Assembly: GCA_964247055.1 (NCBI GenBank)
Contig: OZ176057.1
Coordinates: 4,588,001-4,652,000 of the forward strand
Length of the DNA: 64,000 nt
DNA from: Paragordius varius
Lineage: Eukaryota; Animalia; Nematomorpha
Direction: 5' to 3'
Shown piece after piece: positions 52,701 through 60,380 of this stretch; position 1 is the stretch's first letter; the number at the start of each line of letters is the position of its first letter. Made by a program: the position numbers and the translations under genes. The notes under the pieces are model-generated. The model was given only the letters and a program-made list of their open reading frames with translations. It was not told the origin of the DNA and did not search any database.

Positions 52701-54594
52701 AACCAGTGAACTGCTTTGACTTGGTTCCATCACTTGTGTTTCTGCGCTATTTACCGTAAAAATTGAAATTATACAGACACAACTAGTACAAATATAAAGA
52801 AAAATATTTTTTTCCAAAAGAAACTATACTTTTATTAACAACCTTCTAATACATACATTTCTATTTCATAATTTGATATTAAAAACAATAAGTTATAATT
52901 ATATGGATTTAGTTTGGAAAAAGTAAAATTTTACTGTATATCTTGTCCAACAAATGTGTCTGATGTTGCTTGACTCAAACTCGTGCTTTGTTCAGGTAAG
53001 GATGATTCAAGGCCTTGTTGTTCCTCAATCGCCTGTAAAGCATTGGAAGATGATGGGGACTGTTCTGTTCCAGCATTAGTAACAACAGTTTCAGTTTCAA
53101 CTTCAAGGCCCTGAGCCATTTGACTTGAAGCCTGACCCGCGGCAACTTCTGTAGCCACCACGGTTTCTGCGGTCTCAAGAGCGCCCGCTGCAACTGAAGT
53201 AGCCACTGCGCTTGTACTGGCCACCGCGCCTGTGGTCGGGATAACCGCACCGACAGCAACAGCTGTTCCGGCTACAACTATGGGAGACGGTAAAAGATAG
53301 CGCGTAAAAATTGAAATTATATACGGACAAAACGTATGTAAAATGATAAAGATGATAAAATTTTTAACCTAAAAGGCAACCATACTTTTTGAATCTTCCT
53401 ATATTTATATACAACTGAATATTTTAAACTGCAAAGTATAAAATAGAGATATCGATTGGTAACACAATCCATTATGCATTTTATGATTGTATTTAAATCA
53501 TTTTATTTAATGTTTAAGAAATTATGGTTGGCTAATGAAAAAATTTTGTCTTTATATTTTACGTTTTGTCCGTATAATTTCAATTTTTGCATTTATATAT
53601 ATTATTTGTATATGAACGATAGTATATGTTTAAAATTTATTTGAAGGTGACTATTTTTATGTTCCGTCTTTAAAATAATAAAACAACTGCTTTAGCATTT
53701 TTAACCCTAAAATTTAATTTAATTTTAACTTCGAAACTATCCTATATGAAACTAATTACTGTCAAATTGCCCCAGATATATATTCCATTGTAAATAAGTT
53801 AAATTAAAAAATTTCATATTGAGAATAGTTTAAATTTACCTCCACCAGTGATACCTGGATTAACAATAAATAATAAAAATAAATTTTTAAAATAGAGCAA
53901 AATATTTTTTTAAAAAACACAAATTATATACCAACTGCAATTTTTCCAGGGGTCCATTTCGTTTCTGTCATTTGTTTTTCTATTGGTGTACCACTTTGAT
54001 GATTATAATACGAATGTGCTGAGGTTGGTGCTTTTAATAAATGGATATGTGACATGTTTTTTTTTCATATATTAAAAATGGTTAATAAAATAGGTTATAT
54101 CATACTAGCTTTGGGTTTACTCTTCTGTGGTTTTGTTGCATTCAAACCTAAAAATTAGATGATTTATATGGAGTCAAAACTTAAAAAATAAAAGACAAAT
54201 AAATGATAAAAAAGATAATTATTTTAAAAGAGTAGTATCCCTCGCAGCCCACGGCCACATTCTGCCCTCCAAAATTCAGCAGCCCACGAGAAATTTAAAT
54301 ACATAATTTTACTAAATCTAAATAAAATTCTTTTTCTTAACAAATTTTCTGAATAAGTCTTTTCAAATGAATGTCGGCATAGATAGTAATTTTAACAATT
54401 TTTTGTTTGAAATAAAATATTTCTTGATTCCTATATATTTTGTGATTTTAAATATAAGTCATTGTTTTAGGTCGCATAAAGGGGAATAGAGATGTAAATA
54501 TAATTTAATAGAGTAATTATATGGCATATGTGGGTAAAATCAAGGTTGAAAATATGATTGTCGCTTGGAAAAAAATATTTGTCTTAAAAATTTA

Positions 54595-54676
<82 letters not shown>

Positions 54677-57634
54677 ATTTATATATATATATTTAATGTA
54701 CTAAATAATTAATTTATTTGGTTATTTGTTTTTGTACTTGGATTGTTAGCAGGTGGCGTATTTTTCGACTCATGATTTCTTGATGTATTGGAATTTGAGA
54801 AATGCCCTAAATATAAAGGATTTAAAGCAAATATTTATTATTAGGAGATAATATAATTTGTTATTCGATGATAAATTTCAAATAAAAAAATGTCATTTTA
54901 AAAATGTGTAATTTTTTTGTTATATTTTTATTTAAAATAAACTTGATTTTGTACAGCCCTACTTACATGGAATAATCATTTATTTAAAGTTATTGGTATT
55001 TATATCATTTCACAACAAGTTAATCTTTAGTTTGATAATTTAAAACAACTAACCTTTTTTTATCACAATGATGAAAATGGGATATGCTTAATAACATTTA
55101 TCTTGAACGATTTCAAAATAGTTTATGCATTTTAATGGTCGCATATTTGACACTATAATTGGGCAATTTGCAACACACAGTAGTGTATGGAAAAAACATA
55201 AAAATGTTGAATTTACAATATCCTTTCCTTTTTCCATACCCTACTTGTGTTGCAAATTGCCTTACTATACCAATAAAAGGCATGTATATGCATATTTTTT
55301 GCAGGAATCGCCACATTAAAAAATTTCATTTTTATTTCTTATACATAGCTAACCTATAATTATAGGATTTACATGCTTTATAAGTTCTATATAAATAATT
55401 TATTCTTACGATTTTTCTCAATAAGCTTCGGATGCTTTATTGTAGAATCTATAATAGATGAAAATTTGACATTCCTTACTTGGACTTTTATTTGATGAAT
55501 CATGTCGTTTTCGCTCTAAATAAATTTTATTTAAAATTATTTGGTGTCTTTTCTATTAATAATTTACAATTACTTTGATGTTTACACAAAGTTTTGATAT
55601 TATAAATTAAATTAATGTCTGTATTTTTTTGACACCATTTTATTAATGCTCTTTTGAAATCAGGTCCAACCATTACCGAGACCGTTTTAAAAATAAAACA
55701 TTAAAATTTTTTTAACAAATCATTACCTCTAAAAAAACAGTAAATAAAATGCTAAAAATTAAATAGTATGAAAAATTATGGGAAATTAAACTTTTTTATA
55801 TAATTGACATAAGAGTTAAATGTTTTACAGTAAAAAGAATTAAAATTATTTAAATACACATTATAATATTTTGTATAATTCCTACATATTACATCCAATT
55901 AATTATTATTAATGAAAAGATGCGTTGTAAATCTAATCATTAATTATAATCTAAAATATATATGATATAATTTATTATTTGAAACACAACTTATAATATG
56001 TCGATAAAAAAAATTAACAAGATTAAATTATTAAGTAATTAACCTGATATAGAAAAGGGCTTTATAGCTTCTACGAGCTTTTTGTTTTGTGGTGGTTCTG
56101 TAAAAATAGCATTTGGTAAATTATAAATCTAATAATATGCATTATATTCATTCCTTTAAATCAAAGATCAAACAAATATTTTTTAATTCTGAATCTACCC
56201 TTCATATATATTTTTAGATTTCTACTACTCAATTGATTTTTTTGGTAAACCATATTTCAACTACTTAATTGTCATAATTTACGAATTCTGATGCAATATA
56301 CAGTAAAAAATTGAAATTATACCGACAAAAGGTATATAAAGACTATATTATTTCTAAAATAAAACCATACTGATCTAGATTTTTTTTCAATACAAATTAT
56401 TTTTCAAAATAACAAGGATGAAATAGAATTGAATATTGGTAACAATCAATTTTATGTTTTATAATCAGAATTAAATAATTATATGAGATAAACTAAGGTT
56501 TAAAAAAGTAGGGTTTTATTTTAGAAAAAATTTTTGTCCTTATATTTTTACGTTATGTCCTTATAATTTTAAATTGTACTGTATTTTGAACCGTCGAGTT
56601 TTGTAAAACTTAGTAAATATTAAAATCTAGATGATTTTCTCCTTTATACTACTATTTTTTTGTTTAAACACTTCTTAAATTAGGAATATTTTTATTGAAT
56701 CTAAAAACGCAACATTTTAGGTATATACACTGTGATATAATTCCTTTACCATAGAAAGTATTTTAATTGTTAAACATTTTTAAATTACGAACAAAGAAAT
56801 ATTTTTTTTAATTGTTTAATACATGGTGGCTACACCTTCATTTCAGTTCTTCGATATCGGGGTAATTAGATACCCCATTATTTAATATTAAATATTTTAA
56901 AAAATATGCAATAAATTAAAACCAAAGCAAATGTTTGCACTATAATAACATTAATGAACCGAAACAAAAAAAATCATTTTAAAATACGCTACTTATTCAG
57001 GGGTAAAACCCATAACATAAGTACAAAAATAATACGAAATTCACTTTTTTATTTCAATGTTAAATGTGAATATAAATAAAATCCTAATTTAGAGGCTTAG
57101 AATCTAATAAACAGATATTTTGCAAAAATGTTGTAAAATAAAAAAGGCCAAGTAATTTTATATGTAATTTTTTTAAAACTAAATTTTATATTTCGGCTTG
57201 TTATATATTAGGATAGACGCATAAATTTATATTGAAACTGTTTCTTGCAATATTTTTTCAGAAATAATTTAAATATTGTCGGGGGTATTTGGATACCCCA
57301 ATTTCAAAAGTGTTTAAAGAAAATACACTATAGGCAATGCTTTAAGGTACACAATAAATATACGATAATAAAAAATTTATTTTATAAATTATAGAAAACT
57401 AAAACTGCAAAAAATACGAATATTCTGAATAAATTTCGAAATAAAAAATTATATTAAACGTGGCGGTAAAAACAAGCAATGGACCAACTTAAAGAAGTGG
57501 TCAAAACAATTGAATTATTTATAGTGAATAGTCTTGTTAACATACCTTAGGAATTAAAAATTAAGTATTAGATGGTATAATTTATCTTTCTAAATAACTT
57601 AAAAACTTTTGATTTATTTGTAACGTCGTATCAG
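36620..57634 (-). CDS. Novel multi-exon micro-exon gene (core span): Gly/Ala/Val hydrophobic segment, S/T/Q/E-rich low-complexity region with PSTS repeats, possible folded C-terminal domain; start and stop not fixed
   Basis: More than 30 short GC-enriched islands bounded by T-rich AG and GT on the minus strand. Nearly all are phase 1-1 and 3n in length, and they join without stops to two large open exons. Manual prediction. Confidence 0.75.
36985..37017 (-). CDS. Micro-exon 33 nt (ESNLDSFSTND)
   Basis: attaaag/gtatta, phase 1-1. Confidence 0.52.
37508..37549 (-). CDS. Micro-exon 42 nt (xSDTVIQRMLEIRN)
   Basis: ataatag/gtacga, phase 1-1. Confidence 0.6.
37749..38015. mobile_element. Hairpin MITE with about 100-bp inverted arms, TTAA/TCAA flanks
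   Basis: Arms 37749-37845 and 37919-38015 match at roughly 90% by eye; loop about 70 bp. Confidence 0.75.
38343..38363 (-). CDS. Micro-exon 21 nt (xPNGWRI)
   Basis: tttccatctcag/gttaat; frame link to 38813 unresolved. Confidence 0.5.
38813..38833 (-). CDS. Micro-exon 21 nt (ISEQFIH)
   Basis: taatttag/gtaaga. Confidence 0.62.
38904..38924 (-). CDS. Micro-exon 21 nt (GSDHVSR)
   Basis: cctaaag/gtaata. Confidence 0.6.
39123..39137 (-). CDS. Micro-exon 15 nt (LRIVV)
   Basis: aatcatag/gtaaga. Confidence 0.7.
39582..39608 (-). CDS. Micro-exon 27 nt (TLMQMDRQS)
   Basis: tttttgttag/gtaagt. Confidence 0.72.
39675..39698 (-). CDS. Micro-exon 24 nt (xPKWNTAF)
   Basis: tttttccaag/gtaggt. Confidence 0.62.
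40600..40920 (+). mobile_element. Decayed RTE LINE 3' fragment
   Basis: IRKKLSFFGHIRR, frameshifted LEKSLMLG, RNEWRSY. Confidence 0.78.
41528..41548 (-). CDS. Micro-exon 21 nt (ARLTPEE)
   Basis: aatatag/gtaaat. Confidence 0.7.
41665..41700 (-). CDS. PSTS-family micro-exon 36 nt (NQAQSNEQPGTS)
   Basis: gcatttag/gtatct. Confidence 0.8.
42044..42082 (-). CDS. PSTS-family micro-exon 39 nt (DNQEPSTSRSEGQ)
   Basis: tacatag/gtaata. Confidence 0.8.
42606..42638 (-). CDS. Micro-exon 33 nt (VIYPVNGKAWQ)
   Basis: ttttaacaaag/gtacta. Confidence 0.48.
43149..43172 (-). CDS. Micro-exon 24 nt (VVRLLHVQ)
   Basis: caaacag/gtataa. Confidence 0.55.
44196..44216 (-). CDS. PSTS-family micro-exon 21 nt (DQPSTSR)
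   Basis: ttgtatag/gtatat. Confidence 0.8.
44500..45616 (+). mobile_element. Complete non-autonomous Helitron with about 2.1 internal tandem units (493 and 475 bp periods)
   Basis: A|TCTATATATTTATAAAG 5' end; GCTGC-GTA-GCAGC hairpin at 45588-45600; CTAG|T 3' end; no TSD; GTGATCTG landmark at 44535, 45028, 45503. Confidence 0.9.
45838..45867 (-). CDS. PSTS-family micro-exon 30 nt (AAEPRPSTSQ)
   Basis: atatag/gtacta; a NAGNAG acceptor also allows 27 nt. Confidence 0.85.
46411..46431 (-). CDS. Micro-exon 21 nt (EMVDIFQ)
   Basis: cctttttag/gtattt. Confidence 0.6.
46513..46518 (-). CDS. 6-nt micro-exon candidate TTCAAG (xQ)
   Basis: long poly-T + ag / gtatat. Confidence 0.5.
46887..46913 (-). 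CDS. Micro-exon 27 nt (AVGKKFSPE)
   Basis: attttag/gtaagt consensus donor. Confidence 0.72.
47104..47121 (-). CDS. Micro-exon 18 nt (DITPPT)
   Basis: atatag/gtatgt. Confidence 0.8.
47431..47460 (-). CDS. PSTS-family micro-exon 30 nt (VLEPKPSTSH)
   Basis: cgtacag/gtaatt. Confidence 0.85.
47579..47599 (-). CDS. Micro-exon 21 nt (DSVSATQ)
   Basis: tttatag/gttaat. Confidence 0.7.
48218..48235 (-). CDS. Micro-exon 18 nt (DITRPA)
   Basis: tttatag/gtatat; paralog at 47104. Confidence 0.8.
48918..49203. mobile_element. Family B MITE (Tc1/mariner-like ends; TIR CAGTAAAAATTGAAATTATACGGACAAAACG), representative of roughly 30 copies
   Basis: Long imperfect TIRs, TA TSD, about 285 bp. Other copies approx. 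32-375, 1310-1570, 6338-6665, 7445-7742, 9538-9813, 9988-10290, 10935-11226, 11877-12058, 12535-12800, 25905-26193, 29205-29471, 30930-31163, 31437-31710, 36235-36516, 37033-37270, 38500-38785, 49348-49614, 53301-53591, 56301-56581, 59537-59785, 63670-63910. Confidence 0.9.
49637..49666 (-). CDS. PSTS-family micro-exon 30 nt (VMEPQPSTSR)
   Basis: aatttag/gtaggg. Confidence 0.85.
50232..50261 (-). CDS. PSTS-family micro-exon 30 nt (EMDAQSSTSQ)
   Basis: tacacag/gtttat; homologous to 49637, 47431, 45838. Confidence 0.8.
51335..51358 (-). CDS. Micro-exon candidate 24 nt (EGKGSSYK)
   Basis: aaatag/gtatgg; needs a further exon before 50261 to avoid a junction TAA. Confidence 0.42.
51490..51510 (-). 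CDS. Micro-exon 21 nt (EPKRPKL, NLS-like)
   Basis: aaatag/gtaaat, phase 1-1. Confidence 0.72.
   Translation of the reverse strand, partial: SQSVQN
52328..52746 (-). CDS. Large exon 419 nt (HAETQVMEPSQSSS...SQSDMEAL)
   Basis: GC-rich open frame, acceptor taaatag, donor gttaaa; phase 2-1. Confidence 0.83.
52747..52934 (-). other. Predicted 188-nt intron formed almost entirely by a MITE insertion
   Basis: Starts GTAAAA inside the TIR (CA|GTAAAA) and ends TAAATAG 7 nt past the MITE; splicing restores the frame. Confidence 0.72.
52754..52936. mobile_element. Family B MITE, internally deleted copy, inserted in coding sequence
   Basis: Ends CCGTAAAAATTGAAATTATAC / TTTTACTG, TA duplication on both sides, internal homology to other B copies. 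Confidence 0.85.
52935..53277 (-). CDS. Large exon 343 nt (VVAGTAVAVGAVIPTTG...SDTFVGQDI)
   Basis: GC-rich open frame, pyrimidine tract ctcccatag; donor GTAAAA lies inside a MITE terminal repeat; phase 1-2. Confidence 0.85.
53840..53854 (-). CDS. Micro-exon 15 nt (GITGG)
   Basis: aatccag/gtaaat; links KIAV to VVAGTAV, forming one hydrophobic segment. Confidence 0.75.
53932..54030 (-). CDS. Exon 99 nt (TPTSAHSYYNHQSGTPIEKQMTETKWTPGKIAV)
   Basis: ttaaaag/gtatat, phase 1-1; an in-frame ATG at 54055 is an alternative start. Confidence 0.7.
54106..54147 (-). CDS. Micro-exon 42 nt (SLNATKPQKSKPKA)
   Basis: tttttag/gtatga, phase 1-1. Confidence 0.7.
54598..54672. repeat. (TA)n microsatellite, longest in window
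   Basis: Uninterrupted TA run; others at approx. 49744-49794, 39878-39912, 11740-11774, 11388-11415, 6799-6830, 19729-19754. Confidence 0.95.
54738..54806 (-). CDS. Exon 69 nt (RHFSNSNTSRNHESKNTPPANNP)
   Basis: atatttag/gtacaa, phase 1-1. Confidence 0.7.
55480..55515 (-). CDS. Micro-exon 36 nt (ERKRHDSSNKSP)
   Basis: ttatttag/gtaagg, phase 1-1. Confidence 0.68.
56044..56097 (-). CDS. Exon 54 nt (xPPQNKKLVEAIKPFSIS)
   Basis: tttttacag/gttaat, phase 1-1. Confidence 0.62.
57599..57634 (-). CDS. Micro-exon 36 nt (xDTTLQINQKFL)
   Basis: tttttag/gttatt, phase 1-1. Confidence 0.4.
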
Positions 57635-60206
57635 CTAAAAATTATTTAACTTTAGCTTAAATATATATTTAACATTATGATTGTATTTAATCCGTCAACA
57701 CGCGACCTTTATGCTGCCCGCAAAATATAAAATTTTAACAAATTTAAGTAAAAATGATTTTCTTTTCCACTACAAATTTTTGTCGAATTTCGGCCATAGT
57801 GCAAAAAATTTTAAAATCCATAGGCCTTATTTTCACAAACTGATGTTTCATATCTTATGTTATACCCATATATTTTGAAAGGGCAGCTCGCCAAAATATT
57901 GATCTTCTAAGTGTATCTTGCAAAGTCATTAATGTTGGACACCCCTGATTTAAACATTAAACATGTATTCATAAAATGTTGCGATATCTTGAAAATCTTT
58001 GTTTTTATTAAAATAAAACTTGCCTTGGGTTTAGGAAAATTGATAATATTTATTGTAATATACCAAAAAAAATTCGGACATGTATATCGGTATCCGTTTT
58101 GTTCTCTAAAATGGTTAAAAAACATTCTATTAAATCAATTATAAACCAAATAAGATTGATAGACAAAAGTGCCACATAATTCGTTATATACCATTTACAG
58201 TTCGAAGTCACCCTTTAACAATTTAAATTTACCCCTCAATTCAAATTCACTCTAAAAATAAATTATGTGTTTTCGGTCTAATATAACTCCTCATTAATAT
58301 GAAATACATCTTAATGGAATAGTTTATTATTTTATTACTTTAATTTTAAACAAAATTTTATTTTTAAAAATATAAAAAAAAACATAAATAATTTTTAATC
58401 TTAAAAAACACCTAATTTATTTTAGGGTCAATTTAAATTTTCGAGGATTAATATATATTGTAAAGGTATATAATAATATAATCCAAATTCCATTTGATTG
58501 TTGTAACATATCCGATATGCGTATGCAGTATATACTATTTACTCAAATTCACCTTTTAACTATTCAATTAACCCTAAAAATAAATTATGTGTTTTTGAGC
58601 AAGTGTAACTCATCATTAATGTTTATTTCTCATAGTTTATCATTTTTTTCAGTATTATGCTAAATTTTTACGAAATTATTTGTAAAATATAAAAACTTAA
58701 ATATTTTATATCATTTACAGTTAAAGGAGGTGATGATTTAGAATGCAAATGATATAAAGCAAAAAAATTATTTTTAAATTTTAAATGATAATTTCCCATG
58801 TACTAATAAACGCAAAATTGCATGGATTTTATGGACTTAATTCTACAGTTTAAAGAGATTTCTATTTGGCCTCATGTTTGAAAAAAAATCTCTAATATGC
58901 AAAATATATTTTTTTATAATGAGTATATCTACATAACGTTTAGCCATATTATATCGCGTTCATAAAAAAATAAAATAGAAATAATTTTTAAAAAATTTGC
59001 ACCAAAGCGAAATAGTATAAATTTTTACACAACACCTTTAATAATATTTATCTAAAGCAATTCAATGGATAAATAACTTGTGACTTGATATATTAATTCT
59101 ATTATCTAAAATTAAGTTTATAAACCGAAATAGCCCCTTAAATATTTAATTTTGATTTTCAGGCATAACAACTCCGTGAATCAAAACTCTGAAATATTTT
59201 TTTTGGTAACAAAAAAATGTAATAAATATGAGAGGTTTTTATTAAAAATATTTTCTATTACTCATGGCATCTAACTTATTTATTAATCCCCTTATATTAT
59301 TATATATAAGTCTGCCATTGGGTAAATATTTTATAGGGTACATATAGACATTATGACAATGTATATATTAAATTTTTATAAAATAAAAAATAACAAGCTT
59401 TTGTAATTTCTACTTATTTTAATTGTATAATCTCTACATTAGTCTAACCTATTATTCATATGATACTATTGTACAAATTTAATTGCTGCTTTTCTGTTTG
59501 ATGGAATAACTTCTTTTCCTAGTATTTAATGCATTTACAGTAAAAAATATATGTACAAAACGTAAAAATATAAGGACAAAATATTTTTCTAAAAGACAAC
59601 CCACTTTTTTAAACCTTAGTTTTTCAACAAGAACTTATTTTCTTTTAAATTATATGATTGCTAATCCATATTTTGCAACCTAAATAAGTAAAAATTGCAT
59701 AAATAAATCAGAAAATATATGGTTGCCTTTTAGAAATATATGTCTTTATATTTTTACGTTTTGTCCGTATAATTTCAATTTTGATTGTATCATAAATTTT
59801 ATGATACACCATTGAATGTCCGCACAATGTGTCCAATTTCTTAAGCCGATAATACTTAAGCAAATTTTTGAGATATTTAATAATTAACCAATTCAAAGTA
59901 TATTCATAAATATGTAATACTTGTGTAGATTATATCATTTTCAATTTCAGTTAGATTGGTTTCTAGAATAATAATTATATAATATGTTAAATTCCCAAGT
60001 TATACAACTCAATATTCATGTAAAAATGTCATGTGTTATTTGTTGAACCGTTCTCAATAGTAATCATTTATTAGTTCCAAAAATTATTATTTACTCTTTT
60101 TTACAAGATCAAGTCATTATCACGATACAAGTTAATGAATAAAAATCATTTCAACAAGGTAAGCTACTGTCAATGTTATTTTTGTTTATCGTCTACAGGG
60201 GAAATT

Positions 60207-60380
60207 GGCGTGATGGTATAATAGGTAGGGCACCGGACTTTTACACTGGGTGCCTGAGTTCAAATATCCAAACTAAGCAATTTTTTCTTATCACTGTCAG
60301 CTCTGGGCAGGCGAGTGTTTCACATGTCCGGATACAATATAGGTCCTAGTTCTATTTATAAACCAAGAATCAAAAAATAA
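60207..60380 (+). mobile_element. tRNA-derived SINE candidate or tRNA-Lys(TTT) pseudogene
   Basis: A-box-like TGGTATAATAGG, B-box-like GAGTTCAAAT, anticodon loop CTTTTAC. Acceptor and T stems do not pair. GC-richer body follows, then an A-rich end. Confidence 0.55.

Noticed and set aside
52747-52817. Signal-peptide-like leader MEKNIFLYICTSCVCIISIFTVNSA in the ORF track
   Set aside because: It is the family B MITE end read in frame, and the start codon at 52817 is TTG, not ATG.
48836-59896. Numerous 60-75 aa ORFs rich in F/I/K/Y (e.g. 48836-49069, 53456-53644, 55113-55359, 57681-58144, 59708-59896)
   Set aside because: They coincide with MITE copies and have the composition expected from AT-rich non-coding DNA.
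60109-60215. Plus-strand exon-like segments (...CAACAAG|gtaagc)
   Set aside because: Isolated splice signals with no further exons or homology found.
60207-60280. Functional tRNA-Lys gene
   Set aside because: The acceptor and T-arm stems cannot pair; kept only as a SINE or pseudogene candidate.
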